NCBI GenBank assembly: GCA_002269645.1
Contig: NIVC01003774.1
Coordinates: forward strand, 1-57,527
Origin: Macrostomum lignano
Taxonomy: Eukaryota
Direction of reading: 5' to 3'
DNA: 57,527 nt
In this document: one piece after another, positions 36,759 through 48,805 of the stretch
How the letters are laid out: each line of letters opens with the position of its first letter
Position numbering within the stretch: the first letter of the stretch is position 1
Made by a program: the position numbers and the translations under genes
The notes under the pieces: generated by a model
Databases searched by the model: none
What the model was told of the DNA's origin: nothing
What the model saw: only the letters and a program-made list of their open reading frames with translations

Positions 36759-39700
36759 ATGCAGTCAGCCCCGACCTTCAAGCTGGTGCTCATCGGCGAG
36801 AGTGGGGTGGGCAAAACCTCCTTGTTCATGCGGGTCAAGGAGAACCGCTTCTGCTCCGAGGCCGCTCTGGGACTCGAGTTCTGCACCGCCGATGCCACCG
36901 TGGATGGCGTCAGGATCAAGGTGGGTGACTGACTGACTGACTGACTGACTGACTGACTGACTGACTGACTGACTGACTGACTGACTGACTGACTGACTGA
37001 CTGACTGACTGACTGGCTGACTGACTGACTGACTGACTGACTGACTGACTGACTGACTGACTGACTGACTGACTGACTGGCTGACTGACTGACTGACTGA
37101 CTGACTGACTGACTGACTGCTCACCAGAAAGGTTTCAAAAAGCATCGGACTTACCAATTTACTGGCTGCAAAGTTACAAAAATTTGGCTTATCGACCGCA
37201 GCGCTTCTGAGCAGACCCAGCGGCAGCTCAGGCCAGCAGCTTCATTATCAGCTCCCAATATTGGGACAAACTGCGATAACAAAGGTTCCGCCTGAGCACT
37301 GTAGAATTTACAACCGCTGGGTAATGCTTAGGGTCCAGGTGTATTAGAGATTAGGCTGGGGTCGGAGTGGCTGCTCCCGGTTATGCCTTAGCTCGGGAAT
37401 CAGCTGGGAGGCTGGGAGATCAAATCCATTTCTAAGCGCGTGGATTTTTTTGAAGAACGAAACCCCCTCTGACTGTATCTGACAGGTGGAATGCAAACTC
37501 CGCTTTTTTAGACAGAATTTTTAGCATTGACAGGCGCGTACAGGTATGCATTAGTGACGATTGGCTGACTGCTTCATCTATGCTCACCTGAGCACTGGCT
37601 GGAGTTGCCTGTCCCGCACTGGCCCTGGCCATTGTGTTGCAACAACAGGACAGCTCTCAGCGCCCGCCCACTCGCAATTCGTCAATTAATTTGAAGGGCT
37701 GGTCAGAAACTGTTCGGAGCGACTGCGGGTGGCCGGGGATGATGGGGGGCTGGCGGCAGCTGGGCTTGCTTATTTTGTAGCTTTCTCTGCTTTAGAACTT
37801 TTCTTATCATGATGAGGCCTGCCCACCGTATCTAACAGGTTGTCGGCCCGCCCTGTCTACCAGACTGTTTACTCTCCCAATATACCAGACTGTCTACTCT
37901 CCAAGTATACCAGACTGTCTACTCTCCCAGTCTACTAGATTGTCTACTCACCCAATCTACCAGTCTGTCTACTCACCCAATCTACCAGTCTGTCTACTCA
38001 CCCAATCTACCAGTCTGTCTACTCTCCCAATCTATCAGACTGTCTACTCTCCCAATCTACAAGACTGTCTACTTTCTCTATCTACCAGACTCTCTACTCA
38101 CCCAATCTACCAGACTGTCTACTCACCCTATCTACCAGACTGTCTACTCACCCAATCTACCAGACTGTCTACTCACCCTATCTACCAGACTGTCTACTCA
38201 CCCTACTTTATATTCCAGCTCGCACACTGGGACACGGCAGGCGTGGAGCGATTCCGCACCCTGACCAGGAACTACTACCGGCACTGCCACTGCGCCCTGC
38301 TGGTCTGCAGTCTGGACGACAAGAGCTCGCTGGACAATTTGCACAGGTGGAACCAGGATGTCGACTTCTACTGCAAAGACTGTGACGACGCTGGTCCCAC
38401 CCGACCTCAGCAAGACCCCAGCCCAAGGACCACTGCAGTATAACAGGACGTAAAACTCAAAGATCGTGTAATTTTTAGGAGGCCAATTTCCTAAAAATAA
38501 AAAAATCATCTTTGCGGTGTATTATGTAGATTTTTTTCACGTCCCGTTATACTACTGTGGTTCTAGACCCAGCCTGGCCCCACCTGACCCCACCCGACCC
38601 CACCAGACCCCACCTGACCCCACCCGACCCCACCAGACCCCACCTGACCCCACCTGACCCCACCCGACCCCACCAGACCCCACCTGACCCCACCCGACCC
38701 CACCAGACCCCACCAGACCCCACCCGACCCCACCAGACCCCACCTGACCCCACCCGACCCCACCAGACCCCACCTGACCCCACCTGACCCCACCCGACCC
38801 CACCAGACCCCACCTGACCCCACCTGACCCCACCCGACCCCACCAGACCCCACCTGACCCCACCCGACCCCACCAGACCCCACCAGACCCCACCTGACCC
38901 CACCAGACCCCACCTGACCCCACCTGACCCACCTGACCCCACCCGACCCCACCAGACCCCACCTGACCCCACCCGACCCCACCAGACCCCACCTGACCCC
39001 ACCTGACCCACCTGACCCCATTCGACCCCACCAGACCCCACCTGACCCCACCCGACCCCACCAGACCCCACCTGACCCCACCTGACCCACCTGACCCCAC
39101 CTGACCCACCTGACCCCACCAGACCCTACCCGACCCCACCAGACCCCACCTGACCCACCTAACCCCAGCAGACCCTACCCGACCCCACCAGACCCCACCC
39201 GACCCCACCAGACCCCACCAGACCCCTCCAGACCCCACCTGACCCCACCCGACCCCACCAGACCCCACCTGACCCCACCCGACCCCACCAGACCCCACCT
39301 GACCCCACCCGACCCCACCAGACCCCACCAGACCCCACCTGACCCTACCCGACCCCACCAGACCCCACCCGACCCCACCCGACCCCACCAGACCCCACCT
39401 GACCCCACCTGACCCACCTGACCCCACCTGACCCCACCTGATTCAACCAGACCCAAACCGACCCAACAAGACCCCACCCGACCCCACCAGACCCCACCTG
39501 ATTCAACCAGACCCAACCAGACCCCACCAGACCCCACCCGACCCCACCAGACCCCACCTGATTCAACCAGACCCAACCAGACACCACTAGATCCCACCAG
39601 ACCCCACCAGACCCCACCAGACCCCACCAGACCCCTCCAGACCCCACCTGACCCCACCCGACCCCACCAGACCCCACCTGACCCCACCCGACCCCACCAG

Positions 39701-42700
39701 ACCCCACCAGACCCCACCTGACCCTACCCGACCCCACCAGACCCCACCCGACCCCACCCGACCCCACCAGACCCCACCTGACCCCACCTGACCCACCTGA
39801 CCCCACCAGACCCCACCAGACCCCACCAGACCCCACCAGACCCCACCAGACCCCACCAGACCCCACCAGACCCCACCAGACCCTACCTGAACCCACCTGA
39901 CCCAACCCGACCCCGCTTGTTGCCACTCCTTCTCCATTCCCATTCTCCATTGACTCCATTCCCACCCACCCCTGAGCCACTCCATCAGTGCCAGCCATGA
40001 CCACCCCGCAGGCTTGAAGGTCATTGTGGCCAACAAGAATGATCTGCAACCCGAGGTGTCCGCAGAGCAGCTGCAGAACTTCGCTTCCACCTTCGGCTGC
40101 AAGCAGGTCTTTTACGTGTCAGCGAAAACTGGTGAGCATTTGTGAGGATACAGATTTGTAGCCAGCTGCATACTTGTGATGCTGAGATTGATCCCAGTGA
40201 GATTCATGATGCTGAGATTGATCCCAGTGAGATTCATGATGCTGAGATTGATCCCAGTGAGATTCATGATGCTGAGATTGACCCCAGTGAAATTTATGAT
40301 GCTGAGATTGACCCCAGTGAGATTCATGATGCTGAGATTGATCCCAGTGAGATTCATGATGCTGAGATTGACCCCAGTGAGATTCATGATGCTGAGATTG
40401 ATCCCAGTGAGATTTATGATGCTGAGATTGATCCCAGTGAGATTCATGATGCTGAGATTGATCCCAGTGAGATTTATGATGCTGAGATTGATCCCAGTGA
40501 GATTCATGATGCTGAGATTGACCCCAGTGAAATTTATGATGCTGAGATTGACCCCAGTGAGATTCATGATGCTGAGATTGATCCCAGTGAGATTTATGAT
40601 GCTGAGATTGATCCCAGTGAGATTCATGATGCTGAGATTGACCCCAGTGAAATTTATGATGCTGAGATTGACCCCAGTGAGATTCATGATGCTGAGATTG
40701 ATCCCAGTGAGATTTATGATGCTGAGATTGATCCCAGTGAGATTCATGATGCTGAGATTGATCCCAGTGAGATTTATGATGCTGAGATTGATCCCAGTGA
40801 GATTCATGATGCTGAGATTGACCCCAGTGAAATTTATGATGCTGAGATTGACCCCAGTGAGATTCATGATGCTGAGATTGATCCCAGTGAGATTTATGAT
40901 GCTGAGATTGATCCCAGTGAGATTCATGATGCTGAGATTGACCCCAGTGAAATTTATGATGCTGAGATTGACCCCAGTGAGATTCATGATGCTGAGATTG
41001 ATCCCAGTGAGATTTATGATGCTGAGATTGATCCCAGTGAGATTCATGATGCTGAGATTGACCCCAGTGAAATTTATGATGCTGAGATTGACCCCAGTGA
41101 GATTCATGATGCTGAGATTGATCCCAGTGAGATTTATGATGCTGAGATTGATCCCAGTGAGATTCATGATGCTGAGATTGACCCCAGTGAAATTTATGAT
41201 GCTGAGATTGACCCCAGTGAGATTCATGATGCTGAGATTGATCCCAGTGAGATTTATGATGCTGAGATTGATCCCAGTGAGATTCATGATGCTGAGATTG
41301 ATCCCAGTGAGATTCATGATGCTGAGATTGACCCCAGTGAAATTTATGATGCTGAGATTGACCCCAGTGAGATTCATGATGCTGAGATTGATCCCAGTGA
41401 GATTTATGATGCTGAGATTGATCCCAGTGAGATTCATGATGCTGAGATTGATCCCAGTGAGATTCATGATGCTGAGATTGATCCCAGTGAGATTCATGAT
41501 GCTGAGATTGATCCCAGTGAGATTTATGATGCTGAGATTGATCCCAGTGAGATTCATGATGCTGAGATTGACCCCAGTGAAATTTATGATGCTGAGATTG
41601 ACCCCAGTGAGATTCATGATGCTGAGATTGATCCCAGTGAGATTTATGATGCTGAGATTGATCCCAGTGAGATTCATGATGCTGAGATTGACCCCAGTGA
41701 AATTTATGATGCTGAGATTGACCCCAGTGAGATTCATGATGCTGAGATTGATCCCAGTGAGATTTATGATGCTGAGATTGATCCCAGTGAGATTTGTGAT
41801 GCTGAGATTGATCCCAGTGAGATTTGTGATGCTGAGATTGATCCCAGTGAGATTTATGATGCTGAGATTGACCCCAGTGAGATTCATGATGCTCAGATTG
41901 ATCCCAGTGAGATTCATGATGCTGAGATTGACCCCAGTGAGATTCATGATGCTGAGATTGACCCCAGTGAGATTCATGATGCTGAGATCGATCTCAGTGA
42001 GATTTATGATGCTGAGATTGATCCCAGTGAGATTCATGATGCTGAGATTGATCCCAGTGAGATTCATGATGCTGAGATTGATCCCAGTGAGATTTGTGAT
42101 GCTGAGATTGATCCCAGTGAGATTTGTGATGCTGAGATTGATCACAGTGAGATTTATGATGCTAAGATTTATGACAGTGAGATTGATCACAATGAGATTG
42201 ATCACAATGAGATTGATCACAAAAAGATTGATCACAGTGAGATTGATCCCAATGAGATTGATCACAATGAGATTGATCACAATGAGATTGATCACAATGA
42301 GATTGATCACAATGAGATTGATCACAATGAGATTGATCACAATGAGATTGATCACAATGAGATTGATCACAATCATTTGATCACAATGAGATTGATCACT
42401 ATGATTTGATCACAATGAGATTGATCACAATCATTTGATCACAATGAGATTGATCACTATGAGATTGATAACAATGAGATTGATCACAATGAGATTGATC
42501 ACAATGAGATTGATCACAATGAGATTGATCACAATCATTTGATCACAATGAGATTGATCACTATGAGATTGATCACAATGAGATTGATCACAATGAGATT
42601 GATCACAATCATTTGATCACAATGAGATTCATCACTATGATTTGATCACAATGAGATTGATCACTATGAGATTGATCACTATGATTTGATCACAATGAGA

Positions 42701-43366
42701 TTGATCACAATCATTTGATCACAATGAGATTGATCACAATCATTTGATCACAATGAGATTGATCACAATGAGATTGATCACTATGATTTGATCACAATGA
42801 GATTGATCACAATCATTTGATCACAATGAGATTGATCACAATGAGATTGATCACAATGAGATTGATCACAATGAGATTGATCACAATGAGATTGATCACA
42901 ATGAGATTGATCACAATGAGATTGATCACAATGAGATTGATCACAATGAGATTGATCACAATCATTTGATCACAATGAGATTGATCACTATGATTTGATC
43001 ACAATGAGATTGATCACAATCATTTGATCACAATGAGATTGATCACTATGATTTGATCACTATGAGATTGATCACTATGAGATTGATCACAATCATTCCC
43101 ACTTGTCTGCAGGTGATGGAGTTCAGCAGCTGCTGACGGACACGGGGCGGCTGTTGATGGGCGCCCACCTGCTCGGCCGAAAAGCGTCGACACGCACGAC
43201 AGCAGCAGGCGGCCCAGCCTCCGGTCGACCAGCTTCATCTGGCGGCGCCCTCAGGCTGGACGCAGCGGGAGGGCGTCGCGGCTCGGCCGGTGCCGGTGCC
43301 GGGCAGCTGCGGCAGGACGGGGCAGAGGGGGAGGCCGGAGAGAAGCGGTGCTGCAGACTCCTCTGA
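36759..43366 (+). CDS. Atypical Rab-like small GTPase, 232 aa; join(36759..36920,38219..38381,40012..40131,43113..43366)
   Basis: G1 GESGVGKT, G3 WDTAGVERF, RTLTRNYYR, G4 NKND, G5 VSAKTG and C-terminal KRCCRLL prenylation motif. Phase-consistent GT-AG junctions (699 nt). Confidence 0.9.
36926..37118. repeat. Rab intron 1: (GACT)n microsatellite
   Basis: Begins 5 nt after the donor gtgggt. Confidence 0.96.
37855..38205. repeat. Rab intron 1: 25-bp array (cagactgtctactcacccaatctac)
   Basis: About 14 copies ending just before acceptor 38218. Confidence 0.9.
38570..39915. repeat. Rab intron 2: 10-bp array (gaccccaccH) with a 30-bp trimer pattern
   Basis: gaccccacct-gaccccaccc-gaccccacca recurs. 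Confidence 0.93.
40175..43095. repeat. Rab intron 3: 30-bp array grading into a 15-bp array
   Basis: (atgatgctgagattgatcccagtgagattc)n to about 42170, then (gagattgatcacaat)n. Confidence 0.97.
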
Positions 43367-43734
43367 TGATGAGTGGATCTGATATTCTTGAGTTAATTAC
43401 GAGCATATCAGATGGATAATAAATTTTTCTGAGCCGCTGGCTTGTGCTCAGTTTGAGCCAATTTGGCTTTGTATTTGCAACCCTCCATTGGCAGCTTTTT
43501 AATACTGTGTTTTAATTTATTACTTTTATTTGTATGCAGCTGCATATGTAAGTGGGCATCGGGGTCAACTGAGGACATACTAGTGTAATCGTTCAATGAG
43601 TATAGATAGACATCGGGGTCAACATAAAGAAACAAACAATAAGTAGTTATACTAGTGAATGAAGACGCTGTCGTCTTCAAAGGTGGGACGATGGTTTATA
43701 TATTGTGTTTTTATCCTTTTATGGCTATGACATA

Positions 43735-46150
43735 TGCCCCTGGCATTAGTTAGTCAAGTGGTCTAGTGGGGGGCTGGCCGCCCCCACGCCCCTGGCATTA
43801 GTTAGTCTAGTGGTATAGTGGGGGGCTGGCCGCCCCCACGCCCCTGGCATTAGTTAGTCTAGTGGTATAGTGGGGGGCTCGCCGCCCCCCACGCCCCTGG
43901 CATTAGTTAGTCTAGTGGTATAGTGGGGGGCTGGCCGCCCTCCACGCCCCTGGCATTAGTTAGTCTAGTGGTATAGTGGGGGGCTGGCCGCCCCCCACGC
44001 CCCTGGCATTAGTTAGTCTAGTGGTATAGTGGGGGGCTGGCCGCCCCCCACGCCCCTGGCATTAGTTAGTCTAGTGGTATAGTGGGGGCTGGCCGCCCCC
44101 CACGCCCCTGGCATTAGTTAGTCTAGTGGTATAGTGGGGGGCTGGCCGCCCCCCACGCTCCTGGCATTAGTTAGTCTAGTGGTATAGTGGGGGGCTGGCC
44201 GCCCCCCACGCCCCTGGCATTAGTTAGTCTAGTGGTATAGTGGGGGGCTGGCCGCCCCCACGCCCCTGGCATTAGTTAGTCTAGTGGTATAGTGGGGGCT
44301 GGCCGCCCCCACGCCCCTGGCATTAGTTAGTCTAGTGGTATAGTGGGGGCTAGCCGCCCCCACGCCCCTGGCATTAGTTCTTCTAGTGGTACGCTCGTAT
44401 AGTGGGGGGGGGCTGGCCCCCCCCCCACGCCCCTGGCATTAGTTAGTCTAGTGGTATAGTGGGGGGCTGGCCGCCCCCCACGCTCCTGGCAATAGTTAGT
44501 CTAGTGGTATAGTGGGGGCTGGCCGCCCCCACGCCCCTGGCATTAGTTAGTCTAGTGGTATAGTGGGGGGCTGGCCGCCCCCCACGCCCCTGGCATTAGT
44601 TAGTCTAGTGGTATAGTGGGGGCTGGCCGCCCCCCACGCCCCTGGCATTAGTTAGTCTAGTGGTATAGTGGGGGGCTGGCCGCCCCCCACGCCCCTGGCA
44701 TTAGTTAGTCTAGTGGTATAGTGGGGGGCTGGCCGCCCCCCACGCCCCTGGCATTAGTTAGTCTAGTGGTATAGTGGGGGGCTGGCCGCCCCCCACGCCC
44801 CTGGCATTAGTTAGTCTAGTGGTATAGTGGGGGGCTGGCCGCCCCCCACGCTCCTGGCATTAGTTAGTCTAGTGGTATAGTGGGGGGCTGGCCGCCCCCC
44901 ACGCCCCTGGCATTAGTTAGTCTAGTGGTATAGTGGGGGGCTGGCCGCCCCCACGCCCCTGGCATTAGTTAGTCTAGTGGTATAGTGGGGGCTGGCCGCC
45001 CCCCACGCCCCTGGCATTAGTTAGTCTAGTGGTATAGTGGGGGGCTAGCCGCCCCCCACGCCCCTGGCATTAGTTCTTCTAGTGGTACGCTCGTATAGTG
45101 GGGGGGGGCTTGCCGCCCCCCACGCCCCTGGCATTAGTTAGTCTAGTGGTATAGTGGGGGGCTGGCCGCCCCCCACGCCCCTGGCATTAGTTAGTCTAGT
45201 GGTGTAGTGGGGGGCTGGCCGCCCCCCACGCCCCTGGCATTAGTTAGTCTAGTGGTATAGTGGGGGGCTGGCCGCCCCCCACGCCCCTGGCATTAGTTAG
45301 TCTAGTGGTATAGTGGGGGGCTGGCCGCCCCCCACGCCCCTGGCATTAGTTAGTCTAGTGGTATAGTGGGGGGCTGGCCGCCCCCCACGCCCCTGGCATT
45401 AGTTAGTCTAGTGGTACGCTCGTATAGTGGGGGGCTTGCCGCCCCCCCACGCCCCTGGCATTAGTTAGTCTAGTGGTATAGTGGGGGGGCTGGCCGCCCC
45501 CCACGCCCCTGGCATTAGTTAGTCTAGTGGTATAGTGGGGGGCTGGCCGCCCCCCACACCCCTGGCATTAGTTAGTCTAGTGGTATAGTGGGGGCTAGCC
45601 GCCCCCCACGCCCCTGGCATTAGTTCTTCTAGTGGTACGCTCGTATAGTGGGGGGGGGCTTGCCGCCCCCCACGCCCCTGGCATTAGTTAGTCTAGTGGT
45701 ATAGTGGGGGGCTGGCCGCCCCCCACGCCCCTGGCATTAGTTAGTCTAGTGGTATAGTGGGGGCTGGCCGCCCCCCACGCCCCTGGCATTAGTTAGTCTA
45801 GTGGTATAGTGGGGGGCTGGCCGCCCCCCACACCCCTGGCATTAGTTAGTCTAGTGGTATAGTGGGGGCTGGCCGCCCCCCACGCCCCTGGCATTAGTTA
45901 GTCTTGTGGTTTAGTAGGGGGCTAGCCGCCCCACGCCCCTGGCATTAGTTTTTCTAGTGGTATAGTGGGGGCTGGCCGCCCCCCACGCCCCTGGCATTAG
46001 TTAGTCTAGTGGTATAGTGGTATAGTGGGGGCTAGCCGCCCCCCACGCCCCTGGCATTAGTTAGTCTAGTGGTATAGTGGGGGCTGGCCGCCCCCACGCC
46101 CCTGGCATTAGTTTTTCTAGTGGTATAGTGGGGGCTGGCCGCCCCCACAC
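43735..46150. repeat. About 53-bp hairpin-containing tandem array, about 45 copies
   Basis: Unit gcccctggcattagttagtctagtggtatagtggggggctggccgccccccac, with variable G/C run lengths. Confidence 0.96.
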
Positions 46151-46546
46151 CCCCGCTCCCCCACCCCTCCGCGCGTTGTTGTTGGGGAGGGTGGTTGTTG
46201 TTGTGGGGTTTGCGTAACGTGGGGGCTGCCGCCCCCACACCCCCGCTCCCCACCCCACCCCTCCGCAACTCTTCTCACCTCTAACACATCTTTTTAGCAT
46301 GCTAAAACTGCTTGTAAGCCTTTGGCGACCGCGCAACACATGATACTTGCCGATATGTATCGTAATATTTTTTCTGCACTAACAAATCATCTGTGCCGCA
46401 CTTTCAGCTTCACTCTTACTCTTTAATAAGGTATAGAAGGAAATGAAAATTAAACAATCAATATTAAATTATATTCAAGTGAAAGAGAATTGAAAATACT
46501 AATAAATCCGTTCCTGCTAAAAAAATTAAATTTAAAAAAAAAACTT

Positions 46547-46620
46547 GGCCCACTTGGGATTCGAACCCGTGTTTAGGCCATTTACAAAGCAACTGCCTTC
46601 GGCCCCGATCCATCTCTTGC
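46547..46620 (-). pseudogene. Degenerate tRNA-like/SINE-head sequence
   Basis: B-box cgggttcgaatccc (46556-46569), A-box-like ggccgaagg and a downstream T-run. The acceptor and anticodon stems do not pair. Confidence 0.35.
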
Positions 46621-48090
46621 TTAAGCGAAGCTCTACAGTGCACGCCCTTTATATCGAATATTCCCTATGGTAGCCACTTTTACGATTTTTGCTGCTTTTT
46701 CATACATTTCTGCTCGCTGCATCGCAGCGCCTTCATCTAAAAATGCGAGTTGCATGTCGTTACAGAGATAACATCAAGGCGCATTCATCTAATGCATTTT
46801 TAAAGTATGTCAACAAATTTTACGCCTCCTAGGCGCCAAATTGTGCATTTTCACCTGTTCTGACAGGTATTCAAACAGGTATTAAGACCTATTAACTTAA
46901 GAATCAGTTTTCAAAACTAATTTAGTTGCACAGTGCATCCATAGTGCTGTTTTTAGACACCAAAATTGAGTCTCTAGGCCTTGCCAATGCAGAGTTATTA
47001 GCAAAAGTATGCTCAAAATTTGCCCAAAAATAGCCTTCTAAAAATTCGGAGCCAATTTTCTCAAAAATACGAATTTTCCAGCCATATTGGCGTATGACCG
47101 GTGTAACTTTAGCTATTCGACTAAACAATATTGAAAATGCAGAAAAATCGGTGCGCAAAAATTCTTATTTTTCGACTTCAAAGTTTGTACCCCCGAATGG
47201 GCCGTTTTTCACTTAACAGGTAAAAAGTACCTGTTAACAGAGGTTTTTTCAGGAGTGTTTTATGTCATTCAAAAGGGCATCCGATAGGCTACAATTTGAC
47301 GCCATACTCGAAAAACTTTGCCCCATTTTAAAAAAATTTCCTTAACAACGTCTGATTTTCTGCAGTGCCCCCGGGCCTCTTTTTTCCCTGGTTTCCGGGT
47401 CACTGCTCAGCACAGGTAGGTCCAAATGCTTAGAAAATTTAGGAAAACAAATTTCCATATGTTTGACACGTCGTGTTAAAGTCTCAACACTGTAGCATAA
47501 AACACTTTTTCAAGTTTGAGGACTACTTTTTTAAAACGTGACCCAATTTTTCGAAAATGTCGTTTTTAGGCACTCTTTGGCACCTGGGCAGGTTATTGAT
47601 GGCCCAATCGGCCAAATCTCGATGTTTCCGATTAAAAGACATCTATTTGAGTTATTTGGTATGCAAAACAGCAAAAATAAAGTTTTCCATCTCGACGCCA
47701 TAGGCCTCACAAAAGTGCACTAAAAATTTGTACTTTTAAACAGCAGATAGGCAGCCATGTGAAAAGTACATTTTAGCCCTAAAAACTATAGCGCATCAAA
47801 CAGCCCCAGGTGTTATTGACGCTATGAGGCAGCTCAAAGGCCGCGCTATCGCGCGTCCTTTTCGCTGCGGTGAGGCAAAGTTGAAAAAAATGCCGATTTT
47901 TCGACCTCAGAAAACACGTTTTTTGCACTTTTACCCTAAAAGTTAAAGTACAATCAAAAAATCCATTTCTGATCATTGTAGCGTTTGAATGCCCGCGTTT
48001 ACTGAGCCCACTCGCTAAGCGCTGCCATATTCTCAATCCTTATTTTTTGAGATCAAAGTTTTTGACAAAGTCGAAAAAACGCAGTTTTTG

Positions 48091-48126
48091 GTTGCCATGG
48101 CAACCAAAACGCGTTGCCATAGCAAC
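48091..48126. promoter_or_regulatory. Tandem pair of RFX X-box motifs
   Basis: GTTGCCATGGCAAC (48091-48104) and GTTGCCATAGCAAC (48113-48126). Confidence 0.45.
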
Positions 48127-48805
48127 CAACTATTGTGCATCCGATAGCGCTAGGTCTTTGACACATTTTGGCAAAAACTGTTTGTAAATCGGTTGTACCG
48201 TTTTTTATTGGCAGCGTTTAAAAGTTGAAAAACGTCATTTTTAGTGTGTGCAACCACGTTACATCTTATCAGGGACGATTTCGCAAAAGTAAGCAGTATA
48301 GAAAAAAATTCTCGCTTCGCTCGCATTTTTTTCTATACTACTTACTGGCTCATCGTCCCACAACTAGGGGACAGCAGGGTCATTTGAGGTCACACATTGA
48401 GTTCGAATCACAATGACGCCCTACGGAAGTTGCCTTGAAAAGTTTGAACGAAGTCGCCGAAGTTGGGCGCGAAACATTTCGCAGAAAAGTCATTCGTCTA
48501 CAAGCCAAATTGGGACGAACTGATGCAATTTTATCAATTTGGTCTATGGTTGAACCCATCAAGATGGAATTCCAGCCCCAGGAGAAAATAGTGAGCTCTC
48601 ATCACTGTACTCGAACTAAGCTTGCAAAAGGGACGCTTGACTATTAATTTTATATTGAATTTTTGTTTCTTCAACTGTCAGAAAGAAAGCCTAAAAAGTC
48701 TATTAGAAGCGAGCCAGCAATTTAGCAAATAGCGGCACAGAAGGAGCAGCAAGCAGCAAAAAACGCGCACCAAGCAGCAGGCAACTGAAGCAGCAGCCAG
48801 CCGGA

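Larger units (their letters stand above)
46291..48340 (+). mobile_element. Probable Helentron-like non-autonomous element, about 2 kb
   Basis: 5' tttttagcatgctaaaactgctt (T-run, palindrome, subterminal actgctt). 3' aagcagt followed by a 15-bp stem-loop agtatagaaaaaaat-(tctcgcttcgctcgc)-atttttttctatact (48295-48339). No credible ORF. Confidence 0.5.

Noticed and set aside
40112-42409. 734-755 aa ORFs, e.g. acidic (EIDPSEIHDA)n, as an alternative Rab C-terminus
   Set aside because: Intron retention hits TGA at 40143-40145, and the array is stop-free in several frames simply because of its unit sequence.
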